The notes below the pieces were generated by a model that saw only the letters and a program-made list of their open reading frames with translations, was not told the origin of the DNA and searched no databases. This document shows, one piece after another, positions 1 through 13,883 of a stretch of DNA of 64,000 bases. The translations under genes were made by a program, and so were the position numbers. Position 1 is the stretch's first letter, and every line of letters starts with the position of its first letter. Origin of the DNA: Tubiluchus corallicola (lineage: Eukaryota; Animalia; Priapulida); the NCBI GenBank assembly GCA_030141605.1, contig JAQGDQ010000092.1:186001-250000 (forward strand), in the 5' to 3' direction.

Positions 1-244
1 TTATGGCCCAATATATGATTAATATGGCTTGGTTGGTAACTTAGTATATTACATAACTTCGCTCATATTCACATTAAACGTTTGTTGTAATTATGTACTC
101 ATCTTGACTCGCTGCAAACGTGGTTGGCTGGCTTTACTTGCTAGCATATTTTTAAACATTTTATACCTTTAGCGATATTTTATCCTATTTTTTATTTTTT
201 TATTTTCTCTTATCTCTTTAACTCTGATTTTCTCTGCACTTTTG

Positions 245-2420
245 ATGGAACCTGTAAACAGTTTTTGTCCAATATGTGATAAATGCATTCGACGTAACAA
301 GCGGGCGTTGAACTGCGACTGCTGCTGGGAATTATTCATCTAAAATGTACTTATTTTTCGTTAAAAGGTAAGCTACCAGCTGCAGGTGATGTTTGGTTTT
401 GCCACGTCTGCTTGCAACACTTATTTGCTTGTAATAATATTATAGACGATAATGAATTTGAATTTGCAGTCAGACCTTCAATAAATTATTCTATCCTGGA
501 AGATTCTAAATATGATCTGGATATTTTTGAACATTAGTTTGGGGATAATTTTAATAGCTTAGATGAAATTGATCCTGACTTGCAATTCTTTAATAATTCA
601 AACCAGTTACCAAAAAGCAAATATTTCGACATTGAACAATTCTCATCTGTGTATTCAAATATACGTTATAATAATAGCTTCTCTATGATTCATTTAAATA
701 TACGTAGTTTGGCAGCAAACTATGATTATTTTACGGCACTCCTACATTTGTTGGAAGTTAACTTCTTAGTCGTAGCTTTATCTGAGACATGGCTTCATTC
801 TAATTCCCCTTATTATTCCAACTTGCCAGGTTACAGTTTGTTAGTAATAGTTGAGAATATAAAAAAGAATGTGGTGTAGGTTTATACATCAGTAATGATA
901 TTAAGTATTCGATAAGAAATGATCTCAGCATCACTAATGAGATCTTAGAAACAATTGTCATTCAAGTACATGTTAGCAAAGCTACAAATATAATAGTGGG
1001 TTCTGTTTACAGACTACCTGGTGAAGATACCCAACGTTTCACTGAGCAGTTATCTAATTTATTGTCTACTGTAACCCGTCATAAGAAACAAATTTTCATT
1101 CTTAGTGACTTCAATATTAAGCTATACCCATGAAGCTACACTCTATGATCTCTAATAGTATTTTTCCTGTAATTACCTTACCTACACGTATAACGCCCAA
1201 TAGTTCAACATTGATAGACAATATTTTTATCAGCGTAATTGAATATAAATTCAAATCTGGTAATTTGCTTTTTGACATTAGCGATCACTTGCCAATTTTC
1301 TTGATAATCGATTTAAATGTAACTACGTTTCATTTCTTCAAATATAGCAGAACTCCCTATAATGACCGTATTAAACGCAAATTAGCTTCTGACTTGGATA
1401 ATATTGATTGGAATGATGTATATACTACATCTGAACCACAAGAAGCGTATAATTTATTTTTAGATAAATTTCATCTGATGCACAATAACAATATAACTAC
1501 ATTTAACAATACTAATATAAATTCTGGTGGCATTAAAAAGCCATGGATAACACCTGCCATTTTAAATAGCATTAAATGTAAAAATAAGTTGCATAATCAA
1601 CTTCTCAATAATAATATTAATTATGATCTCACTATTCATGAATACAGCCGGTATCGTAATAGGTTAAACAACATAATAAAATTATCTAAATCTAATTATT
1701 ATCAAAACAAACTAGAACGTGTTAAAACTAACTTGAAGAAAACGTGGATTATTATGAAAGAAATTATACAGTCAAATAGAAATTCTGGTTCCTATGCTCT
1801 TAAAATTAACAACAAGTTAATAACTGACAATAAATCTGTCGCTTGTGCTTTTAACGTGCATTTCTCGCAGATGGATCAAAAATTGGCTGCAGAAATTCCA
1901 AATACTGATGTTAACCCTAAAGTTTATCTTAAGGATGATTATCAATCGACTCTTTTCTTCAGTCCTGTTACAATAAATAAATTAAAATCTACTTGTAAAT
2001 CTTTCAACCGTAATAAAGGGGCAGGCTTTGATCATTTTCTCCCCAAAGTCATGATTGATTTAATTGATAACTTAGCTGCTCCTTTAACGCATATAACTAA
2101 TTGCTCATTAACAACAGGAAAATTACCTTATCAAACTCAAAAAATCAGCAATTATTCCTTGGTTTAAGGCTAAAGACTCCTTAGATATTAATAACTATAG
2201 ACCTATATAATTATTACCTTTTTTCTCTAAAATATTAGAAAAAATAGTCCATAAAAGATTATTAGACTACTTGATGTACAATAAAATATGGTATGGTACC
2301 ATATAGACTATGAAGTACCATAATGTACTTTATAATCATCAGTATGGCTTTAGAAAGGGTAGTTCTACACAGCTAGCCCTACTTAATATAACATAATAAT
2401 AAATATAACATAATAAACAA
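245..2420 (+). mobile_element. Decayed LINE retrotransposon (CR1/L2-like): PHD finger + APE endonuclease + N-terminal half of reverse transcriptase, with frameshifts and stops
   Basis: From ATG 245: CPIC...CDCC...(frameshift) IHLKC...WFCHVC, a PHD pattern. ORF 580-879 has APE motifs HLNIRSL and ALSETWL. ORF 1130-2167 has PTRIT..SSTLIDNIF, SDHLPIF, KKPWIT. Broken frames then give NNYRPI*LLPFFSKILEK and HQYGFRKGSSTQLAL (RT start). The RT core is missing. Confidence 0.9.
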
Positions 2421-2620
2421 CATAATGAATCAATTTGGCTAATTACGTAACTGTCCCTGTCGGAATCTATCGCGTTGGTGGCTATGTAGATTTTTACATT
2501 TCTATAGTTCGCGTTACTTCTTACAGATACCATCACATCTTTCTCTTTCTTTCTATTCTCTATTAACTTCTTTTCTACTCCTTTGCTGCTATTTTCTACT
2601 ACACTCAATCCACATTCATT

Positions 2621-2790
2621 TGGGGTACTCTGAACAAGTAATTACTTCTTGAGTACCCCACGTGTCATTTGCAGCTAGGCATCTTGTAAACATAATAATA
2701 AAAATGTTATTAAATTCTTTGATGTGCTATGCTGTAATGATCGTTGTGGATATATTTCATAAATAAATAAATTTAATAAATAATAAGTTA
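2621..2790 (+). mobile_element. Probable CR1/L2-type LINE 3' end: stem-loop plus AATAAA-rich tail
   Basis: Perfect 10-bp stem tggggtactc (2621-2630) / gagtacccca (2651-2660), followed by aataaataaaatttaataaataataa at about 2760-2787. Confidence 0.55.
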
Positions 2791-5700
2791 AAGAAATTGA
2801 TTCACTTTATCCACTTGAGTTGAAATTTGGTAGGATGACTAGCTAGGATGTCCTTAGTTCATAAAAAATTAGCAATCCCTTCGTTAATGAACCTTAACGA
2901 AATGCCAGGGTTGCAACTGCTGACGACTACCCAAATTCACTAGCACTTTTTTGGCTTGAAAGAATACCTGACCACACAGTCAGGTGGTAGTCAGGACACT
3001 GCAAGCAAAACAAAATAGGCCTACATGATGCTTTGTATGGTCATGCCCAATGTGAATTGCTGCAATTCATTGGTGCGTAGCTGATAATTGCGAGAACTGT
3101 AACCGCCCAGGTCTCGTTTATATAACCAACGTATATAATAACAATATACGCAATGTGTGCTTAAGCAAACAGTTAATATGGAAACTGTCAACAAACAGCA
3201 TGCGATAATTTAAAGGTCAAGTTGCCGTAGTAATAATATAGTGGCAGAAAGAGGGTGGTGAGTCAAACAGTGACAAGTTTGACTCAGAAATAGCTTTAGT
3301 AACGATTTGAAAATAGCGATAAAGACATTCAGTAAAAATTATTATCAACCTAGGATCAATTGCGTAGCGTGACGACTCTATAATTATTATAATAGTAATT
3401 ACTAGTGTGCGGCAAGTAATTAGATGGGAGCTTTACGATTAAAGTCTTTATGCACGAAATGTATGACTGTGTAATAATTATGGGACATATACACTCAACG
3501 ACGTTTTAATTGGTTTTAGGCAAATATAAAATTACGGCAAAAGTTAGTTATAACAAAACCACAAAATAATAATGTAAGTGCTGTACTATATACTTGTACA
3601 ATTCAACCGATGTAATATTTAGAGAAAAATCGGTAGCATAATGCTCCTTCCTTCTCCTCAAAGTGACTCGTATCACTTGTAATGTGTCATCATAATATAT
3701 ATGTATTATTCACTGTGAAATAAATAAATTCAGTCATTCAAATCTGTTGTTATTCTTAAAAATTTGGCAAAGACATAACAGTCAATAATTATCAGTAGCC
3801 CATGCTCTGACATTTCCCCAGAATTTCCCCCTTCTTTTTTTTTGCTTTTCCCGTTTTGCACGTTGAGTGCTTGTCACTAGAACAGTTAGACACTAAGCAG
3901 GTTATCAAATTTACCTGAGAGACTCCGTAAAGCACTTTGCGAATCTGGCTTCACTTCGTGTTAATATAAGAAGCTTAATAAAATAATTGCATTTCGCTGC
4001 GATGACTTTGTGTAAAATTCTAACTTAATGTATCGAACAATAATTTACCTGCTTGATAAAGTTTTGAGAGTTTATTCTTTAGTTTTAGATGATGATTTCG
4101 AAGTTATTTATGTCAATCGCCCTGTTTTAAATTAACAAGAAATGCGTGAGGTGCAGGGCTTTTCGTGGGTAGGGGTGGATGTAATTTTCTGGGTCTCCAG
4201 TCGCGAAAAAATACGTATGGATGAGAAACTGATTAGATTCTCGTGGTACTGGAAGGCGAAACGCCAAATAGTTTTCAAAAAAAGATAGGAAGTGAACGAA
4301 ATTTTCCAATAGCATCGCTTTATGGAACTACGTGTGTTGTCATTAATCAATATATGCATAGTTAATCTATACTACAAGGATATAGTCTTCTAAATACAGG
4401 CGTTTTGGATTTGGTGCGTATTCTTTTGACCGTTTGTTATGTGCACTATAGCTGTATTACATGACCGATTAATTCTACAGGACTTCACCTCATCATCTCG
4501 AATTTCGTTTAACCGTAGCGTTGACTGATAGAGAAACAAACAAGCTTGTAGCCGCTATTAGTACTTAGTACTATAATCTTGTCATACCGCGAAGATCGTT
4601 TTTCACTGCCCGTTACTCACCCTCCTTCCTCCTTTTCGTTTTATAGTAAACGTAATCAGTAATTATTGTATTGAATTTTGTGAAAGTACTGTGGCTTTAT
4701 TGTCTTAATATCGTAATGTAATTGTAAATAAATGAGTAGGCCTAAATAAATTCATTCAGTATCAGTCTATATATCCGTCTATCAGTCCGTCTACCTTTCT
4801 TCAAAGTGATCAAAGACGCGGCTAAATAATGGTGAAGTTACATAATTTAGTAAACACTTGTCAGTCAGTCTCCAATTTTAGAACTGTTTGTATTTGACTG
4901 AACAAGCCCGATAACAAGAAGCTAAATCTGTAAACGTGTTCGAGTTGACGCAACTCCGTAAAATGTCATGTTTATTCTATTTACTGCGTGTTGCAAGGAA
5001 CAGCTCGGTAATTTAGGATTTTGTCGCCTATACATGCAGACTGAACTTTTGTGAAGATGAGGCTTGCAATGCAGTCGAAAATTAGACCTACAGAGACCTC
5101 AAGGCTGTGAACAGATCGTAAGGACGTTTTTGTTCAAACTGCCTCATTATTTGTTATACGAAAAAACTCCATAAATTTTGCTTGACTAATTATACTTTAT
5201 CACCACCCATCGATACTAATGTTTTTTGCTTAGGCCTACATTAAACAAAATCCTTATTGTCAGTTTCTTGCCGGTAAATAAGGCTGATATTACTTGTCAA
5301 TTTTTACAAACGTACTTTAAAACTGGTTTTTATATTAGGTAATGTTAAAACTATAGTCAAGGGCTATTCGTTTGTTTTTTGAAACGAGGTTTGTAAGTTC
5401 TGTTAGCACAACGTCACCTTAGCGGTGAAACGCACCCAGAACAATTTCTTCAGGTAAGCCTCTAGACGCACTGTTATTGAATGATACATGATTTATGAAG
5501 TGTAAAACTGATCAACGCGCCAACGGTCGCAGCTCCATGTTGTGTGTTGTTAATCCAATGATGGGAGACGGCTATGTATAGATACTTGTACCAGGCAGCA
5601 GCACTTAAAACGACGTCACGCAAGGTAGGATGATAGGATGCTGTCAATATTGACGAAGTGTTACTGGCTTACTGCTATAGTCCATTTACAGTTTGAGGTG

Positions 5701-7022
5701 CAGCGTGTCGCTTCTAATCAGAGAAACTTGTTACATTAAAGCCAATCTGTGATCAATGTTCTCAACTCTCTATGCGGAATAACAGACGTAGAGTATTATT
5801 GCAGGGAGGCTTCTTTTGATGCTCATAACGACTGCCAGCTGATAATTTAATACGTACTTTAGATTTTGTTTTGGAGGAAATACAAAATTTTCTTAAGATT
5901 AACTATTAATGATAATAAAACAGTTAATCACATATTTACAGAATAAACAATTTATGAAAATGCGCAAGTTAACAGCCAGTGACAATACAGTGATGATGAT
6001 TAACCAGAGACAGGCTTTCATTGCTTGCACATGAGCTGCCAGTAATGACAACAACAAGAGCAGGTCTACAATATGAATTCTAGCCTTCCGGGCGTAATGC
6101 AGTGAACATTTCTTTCCACATGACTGTCATCGTTTACCATTACGTTTATACCTAGACATAATTGGAGATACTATATCTATAACAAAAACCAGATTCTGTA
6201 ATACTACTGTTCCGCAAAGCATTAGAATTAAGTTTTAGGTAATCTTCCTTTACGGGTTTAATTATAAAATATAAACTGAATCACAGGCCTAGGCCTACAG
6301 TAAATGGCAGGCTTATTTGCTACATTTGAAACCGGAGAAAACAGTGTAAGAGTTTTTAGCATGGTAGTGGTAGCTCCACAGGCTTCTCGGTTTTGAAAAA
6401 TAGAGAATGCAGAAATGACACATAAAATGTGCCTTCGGTTAAAAGCTCGTTGTCACGGGGGGGGGGGAGTTTAATCAGCAGATTAATAGAAAACGAGCAA
6501 GGTGTTTGGCAAAAGATTGAGAGAAGATACTACAATAACTGCTTCTTGAAGCTAGAAATCTGTCAGAAAGGTACTCCAATATTAAGGGATGTTAATGCTG
6601 TTAACCTTCAGGTTTCACCTATTAGGTGACGCTAATATTTTTTTCATTTGTAGAGATGACTTCACCCAATGTCAGCGATTGGAATGGGGAATTTTTTTCT
6701 GTTTTGCTAGTCAACAAGATGTTGGGGTTTTTTTAGGACGGTGTAATAACTACATATGTAATTCACAGTGACAGCAATATGAGGCAATATTTGAACAGCA
6801 GACAATAAGATGACATTACACACGCAAAAGTTATGTAAAAATGATTTCACGTGGATATTGTTACCCAGATTATAGAATGCAAAAAAGTAATGAGCTGCCA
6901 TTTGCTGTGGGCCTAGGCTTGTGATTCACCTTATATTTTACAATTAAACGCGTAAAAGAAAGATTACCAAAAACTTCATTCTAACGTTCAAAGGAAATGC
7001 TGTTCTAACAAAATGCCAGCTC

Positions 7023-7972
7023 TTACATGTCGTCTCCTAACTTCTCATTTAATATCGCTAAAGGTCCTATACCACCGGAGAGACCTCCGGTCGGGTGATG
7101 CTCGGGGTCTATGTAGTTCCTATTGGCAGTTTCGTATAACTGCTTCTGCATAACAGCCAATGAGACTTTATTCATGACTAACATGTCATGCATAGATATC
7201 ATCTCTCCGGAATTTCTGCGACTGTCGCCATCACTGCCATCATCTTCACCGTCGTCTTTTGATTCTGAAGAATTCACGTCTACTACAGCTACAGATACTT
7301 TAGAGTTGTTAGCGTGATTGTGTTGCCTTCCGTTGTGCTTCTTCGAAAATGATGGCGCTATTGCATTACGCCGAGGCCTCGAGGTTGGAGTTGGGGGCTT
7401 CTCCTTTTTACACGAGCAGTTCAACTTGTAAATCAGGAAATTTAAAAATTGTTTTATCACTATTGATATCACATTTAACAAACTGTAAACACAGGAACAA
7501 CCCAGCACAATAAAAAAGAAGTTACCGATTCCGTACAAAATCTGATTCTTGTACTCCGGCCTTTGATTGGAGACGAAGTCACCGAAGCCTATCGTAGTAA
7601 ACGTCACCATGCAGAAATAGAAAGATTCCAGATAAGACCATGTCTCTGTGGTTGTAAATGCTGAAGATGCAATTATAGCAATAGCAGTGGCACCAAGGAA
7701 TAAGTATAGCATCACCCAATACACTGAGGGTTTGTAATCAGATAATGGATCATCTCTGGACACATCCGAGTCACGTCTATGGTCACCGGATGTGGCGTCA
7801 GAGATCAGTTTGAGCTTACGGCGATGATACGCCCGCAACACGTACGCTAGGAAACTAATAATTCGTTCAAGAAAAAGATTAAAAAAGAGAATGCCTCCTG
7901 CACATCCCACTATTCCAAAGATCATTGTTGCAACTTTACCCCAGACAGTCTGTGGCGTCGTCATTCCAAATC
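7023..7972 (-). CDS. KCNK13: THIK-type K2P channel, coding exon 2 (end of P1, M2-M4, P2, C-tail); spliced protein about 426 aa
   Basis: Acceptor cttttag|GA TTT GGA ATG completes the filter TIG-FG-MTTP. Second pore is FTTIGFGDFV. THIK-typical motifs FFNLFLERII, PSVYWVML, RRNSGEMISM, NKVSLAVMQKQL, SGGIGPLAILNEKL. Stop TAA at 7023-7025. Confidence 0.93.
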
Positions 7973-10315
7973 CTAAAAGTAGAATGAAATTCTAATTTTA
8001 AGATTCCATTTTGCATGTGGTTCAAATTTGCACATTAATGGTGCCTGACATTTGCTATAATAAGCAAATTCATCCAATTTTAAACTTGTACTGAATCATG
8101 TATCATTATTTTTAGATAATGATGTACGTTACAGAGCATGTACACATATTTTTATACTGTTCGGCCATCGGCAACAAAAATCTAGCACTCAGTAACAGGT
8201 TTTACTCTTGACAGATTCGGAATATAGTTAGTTATCAATCAAAGATGACTTTTAAAAAGAAAACCAATAGTCACATTATGTACATCCTCCTGAGCGAGGT
8301 AAATATAAACTGGGGTAGCTGATGAAACTGCCAGAAGTTTTTTCACAACGAGCAGTAATCCGCCTGCTGAATTGACTTGACATTGCCTATGTTCTGCCGT
8401 TAGTTCACGCAGAGACCATCAAGCCTGGCCCTCACCCCAAAATCCGTCTTCAGCAGAGTATAAGTACTATTGCAGAAAAAAAATGTAAACAGAAAAGTCG
8501 TTGTATCGATATAGGTTGGATATTATTAGAAATAATACAAATTATTAGAATTATCAGAATTAATGGAACGGCTTGTGAATCAGACCGTATGGATCACCGC
8601 CGAAACAAAATACGTATATCGTACAGCACCTGCAGGTGGCCAATGACAATATACACAATGCCTTACTTGGATGGAGTTTATGACATGACAGTGAAAAAAA
8701 ATAAATGAAAGTGTTTTGAGGGTGAGCTGCACCTTCCAGACAACATTAAATTTATTGTGACACAACAACACATGACGTTTGCATGCTAGTTATGGTTTAC
8801 TTTAAAATAACAGTGTAGACATTTGCTTCTTTTTTACATGACGAAATTTATGTGTAGGTAGGTATGCCTGTGCCTACAATCTAATTGTGGATTTAGTAGA
8901 TGATATTATTTGCATTTGACGAGCTTGTACTTCAAAGGTAACGAAGACGGAAAATAATGCGTTTCCGTGTATAGTACTTTATTTTAGCACAAATTTTTAC
9001 GAAATACATTTTTAAGTAATTTTACAGAAGCTGCCTTATTATTCCAAACATGTAGACGCTAACGCTGCTAGAAAATTTGTAATTTGGAAATCTTGTGTTT
9101 TGCGTTGCGATTTGCATAATCTTGTGGGATCCATTCTTGGAGTGTTTTTTGTAAATAATATAGTCAGGGCTGTTAGGGCCAAATTTTGATGTAATGGGGA
9201 ACAAACGATTTCTTTTCGGCTAACAGCCCAAACTAATAGTGAAATTGTCTACCTTGACATTAAGAGAAATGCGTAAATATTATTTTTATTATAAATCACA
9301 AGTTGCATGCCGTTTAGCGAATTTTAATCTCAAACTAGGGTCGTAGACCGGTTCACATTGCAACTTATATGTAACAGTTATCGTGGTCTGCGCTGTGTAT
9401 GAATATTTCTATGAAAGGGCGAACTATAGTGGTGGGCGTAATCGACTACTAGTATCGATTATTTCAATTACTTGCCCCTCAAGTCTCTGGTGTCGAATAC
9501 TTTGCTAAATAATCGAATACTAAAATGATTACTTTTGTGCTTATGAGTTCACAACAATTCAAAACACGAAAAATGCAAAGTGAAATAATTTTCAACACGA
9601 GCGAATCGCGACGGTATACGCTGTCAAACACAAAGCTGGTATAGCACACTAAATACAGCATTTCGTATGAGTTTTAGCACACACAGGGACACAGATTTGC
9701 GTAACCGCCCTCATAGCGAATCAGTCTCCATTGAGGTGTCAACGGGGGATATCTGTAATCGATTACTGACAAAAAGCATTTACTTGAAATCGGCGGTATC
9801 GCCCACACGCCGAACTAAAGTAGTTTGATTAGACGATCTTCCGATATCATCAGATATGGTAAAAATCCGACTGATTTCGGGTTAAAATTAAAAGGTTGAA
9901 ATCTTCAGAGATTAGTACAAAAGTCATGGCAATATTCCATCAGTCATAGAGTGAATCATAGGGCCATCATATAGATAGTATAGGGGCGACAATCAATTGT
10001 TGCACGTGCCATGTGATCGACTTTGATCGTATTCACGAGTTAAAAGCATGCAATGCTTTCCACAGGTTTTTCGTGAGAAATCCTAGCATCAACATCATCA
10101 AAAACAAAATTTAACTTAATTAATCAATTGGTTAACTTAATTGATCAATTAGAAAGTGTGTTTCAATGTGTTGTACGTGCATTGCTTTTTTAATGTGACC
10201 TACAGCTGTTGAGTTATGTTTAGTAGCGCACATACATGCGAATTTGCGCTATTGATGGTTTGAGAGTCATTAAAGTAAGAACTTTCATTGACCACTGTGG
10301 TAACTGGTACCTTTA

Positions 10316-10643
10316 TGGCGCGTTCAGATGTAGAGACTTCTCTCCCAACTCTCTCTGAGAGAAGTTGCCAAGCCGTTCAAACGTTGCAACGAGTTGCGAG
10401 AGAAGTCTCTACGTAATTGTGTCTTGTTATTTTAAATGTCTTCATTTTTGTAATTTATAAAGTATGTTTTGTAATAAATAAAGTGTTAAATATAAAAGAG
10501 AGAAGTTGCCAAGCCGTTCACACGTTGCAACAACTTGTGAGAGAAGTTGCCAAGCCGTTCGCACGTTGCAAAGTTACTGAGTTACTCTCAGAGAGAAGTT
10601 GCGCAACAAGTTGCGAGAGAAGTCTCTACGTCTGAACGTGCCA
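10316..10643. mobile_element. MITE, PIF/Harbinger-like, with internal tandem repeats
   Basis: About 30-bp TIRs: tggcgcgttcagatgtagagacttctctc versus the reverse complement of gagagaagtctctacgtctgaacgtgcca. Flanks are TTA / TCA. Internal repeats gagagaagttgccaagccgttc occur x3. Related TIR fragments near 25859, 28045 and 54135. Confidence 0.75.
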
Positions 10644-12430
10644 TCAGTAATTTTTAACTTAATCACCAGCACAATAAATTCTTGACAAAACGTTTTCCAT
10701 TGTGTGTATGACAACAGAATTTCACAATATTTTTAGAACATTATAACACGGAGTTAACACTATTAGCGCTTAACTCCTTGATTAAAATTTCTGACTTTAA
10801 CGTTTCATTCAATCTTGGTTACGTCCAACTATTGTTGTTCTTTGTTTGTCACCTTTAATGTAAAAACATTTCTGACATCACAGCCAAAGTCACTATCTAT
10901 CGTTTGTCAATCTAACATGCTATTTACTACCGTATTGCACAACTACTGGGCTCTCCACCCTCCAAAAACCGATAATGCGCTAACTTGTCACGTAACCTGG
11001 TGCATCTTTAGAATTAGTGTGCTTCTGCTCATTCGGTAAAAATTGTGTGTGAATGCTCAGATGCGTCGATCTATATTTCAGACAAACGAAAAAGTTATTA
11101 TTAGTTTTATTGCTTTTACCTAGGTCTGGTGATTTTTTTTAAATCGAAATTGAGTCGACTTTAGCCACGTCAGTATTATTAAACAGATTTGTTACTCAGT
11201 ATTAATACACAGATTTCTTCAGCTTTACCATCGAACTTGTGTATGGCATACAAGCCAACAACGCCGCTTATTTCCACGTGAGAAACTTATGGTATCTAGG
11301 ATTCGAATTAGTGTGGAACAATATTATTAATTAGATCATGACTGTAATTATGACAGTCGCAGAAAAACTCATAATACAGTTAATAATAGATTAATGTAGC
11401 CAAAACGATTGGCAATTAACTAGCTCAAAATAGCAAACATATCATTAGAAAGGATTTATGAATGATGAATGTCGTTTGTTTAATAATATAATGTATTTGG
11501 TAAATTTGTGTGCTGGGGAACCTAGCCTATATCGCTCTCCGTGGTCCATCATGTCCTCGTACAAAATTTTTCTATATTTCTTATGAATTGTCTTCGAAAT
11601 CACGCAAACCACAATGTCTTGCAGCATGGTACTGTGGTTCGCGCGGATTTATTAAATTTACGTTAAACTTACGTTAATCACGCTAGTTACGTGTCTATCT
11701 GATGAATATGCTAGTCGCTACCTTTCAGTACTATGACAAATATTTTGTATACAGGTAGTCCACCATCTCTAATACGAGTCCATTTGGCACGATACTCGCT
11801 AAACTTCTTACTTGAATGTCTTTTAGGTTTGTTTGATCTCAGGACAATTTAGAACGCGAATACCCCAAAAACTGAAGCTACATGTGAATAATGTCTTTAC
11901 TAGCTAAAGCAACTATAAGCAACTTTAGAAGTGCAGGAAAAATTCAAGCTCCGTCTCGAACCTTCTTAAAGGCTGTTCCAAAAAAAAACAACAAAAATCT
12001 ATGCCTCAGTAGGCCTACACGGAAAACAATCCTCAAGAAGTACGATAAACTTCCGTATCCGTATACGTATCCGTTTGAAATCAGTTATCACACGGCAAAA
12101 ATTTGAAATTTCCAAGTAGGCCTAACCAAATGTGTTTTAGTCATTCAAATTTAATTCAAGTTCGTTGACTGGATGAGATATTACCGCCAAAACTGAAAGA
12201 TTAAGACAGAGGGAGTCAGAGAGAGTTAAGGACATGTTTTATATAGAAAACCACCTTAATACACTTTAGACATATTTGAATTAGATTAATATACAATGCA
12301 AATTAAAAATATACGGTAAAGCAATAATATGCACAATATCAATACAAAATGCTTTTTAGATAAAAATATTTTACATTATAGCAATTGATAAACCGACTGT
12401 TGATTTATGAATAGCCAGCCTAGTGAATTT

Positions 12431-12640
12431 TCACTTCTTTATATTGGGCTGCATAAGTGAAGCTATTTGATACGGCTTGACACCCGCGGAAGTAAGTTGA
12501 ATATTTTCTGGGCGCACACGTCTGAACCAGGCGTCCTGTTGAATGGTAATCAGAGTAGGACGCATGCTAGCATCTGTGAAGATGTCCAAAAGCAGACATT
12601 TGCAGTCAACTGCCACCTCTGGTATTGATGGTAAAGTTAC
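12431..12640 (-). CDS. TSSK-like kinase, exon 2 (subdomains X-XI and tail); spliced protein about 331 aa
   Basis: Acceptor aattatag|GTA, in phase with exon 1. Encodes VTLPSIPEVAVDCKCLLLDIFTDASMRPTLITIQQDAWF...KK*, the expected kinase C-lobe end (CK.LL...RPT...W). Confidence 0.82.
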   Translation of the reverse strand, partial: VTLPSIPEVAVDCKCLLLDIFTDASMRPTLITIQQDAWFRRVRPENIQLTSAGVKPYQIASLMQPNIKK

Positions 12641-13883
12641 CTATAATTTATTAAAATCTTTGAAGTTAACAAGCACTGTCAGGAGATTTTACTATTACTG
12701 TAAATCAAGAAAAGAAAACTTAAATCCAAAGTTAAACGAAAGTTTTAAATTAACTTATGCACACAGTAATAGATTTTTATTGACCTACTACGACACCATC
12801 CTCCAAATTAAACTCATTATTTTAACGCATTTGATCCGAGCCAATATGAGGTTAACAAATGAGGTTTCTGTTCAATTTCGCATAATTTTTATTGATTTTT
12901 TTTTTTAATGTCGTTGTACAATAGCACGCACAAGTATATCAACAGACAATAATTTGCGTTTAAAATTAAAATAAAGCGTTTGAATATGAAATAATTCTAG
13001 TGGCGTGGTGGTCTTTTCAAGAAATTCTCAAGTTTTGGCGCATAAATGTAAAACCTGTCCTTTTTGTGCATCATCGGTGTTTGAGAAGCTTTAGACGCAA
13101 TAAAATCACTTGAAAATACACTAATAGCTAGGAACCAACAATGATAACAATATTTTCTTTTATTTACAACGTTATTTAAAACCTTATGAAATGTAATGCT
13201 CGTTAATAATGACGTAATCAAGTGTTTACGTCATCGATCAGTCTATACGTGACGAGTTATATGGCGTCACTAATAACTCACTACTGCGTCTTTGGTAAGG
13301 CTATGACGAAACGAACCTACAACCTTTAAATTTCTGATACAAAAGTTAGGTAGTAGTAAGAAATATTGAAAGCACTCGGCTTTGATTTTGAACTTGGACC
13401 AGTCAAATACTAGCCCAACGTGCTGATCATCACTAAACCTTCCAGTTTTGTTAGGAATTGTTCGTTGTTCCGAGACAGACTGACACTAATCAATTAAATT
13501 ATCTTTGCAGTTGATTATGAATCTAGAAATGATTATGGACCTTAGTTGTGATCCCAAGTTATTGATCTCTACTGATCTCACAATCACGCTACAAACTTTA
13601 TAATGTTAATAAAACGTTTACTTGCCTACATAAAATCTAGTATCACAGAACTCTTAAAATCGCTGATGACTTAAAAACATGTAATACTAAAATTGTGTGT
13701 AGGCACGTAAATGTTTTATTGACATTATAAATTTTGTAGTTAGACTAGCATGTTAGCTCTAATCTCGCTGATCCTTTTTTATCAAATGTAAATTTTAGAA
13801 GTGCTTTTAAAAATTAAAATAATATAATTATAATATAGTATAAAATAATATAGTAAAATATTTTTGAAATATTAATTACTAAC

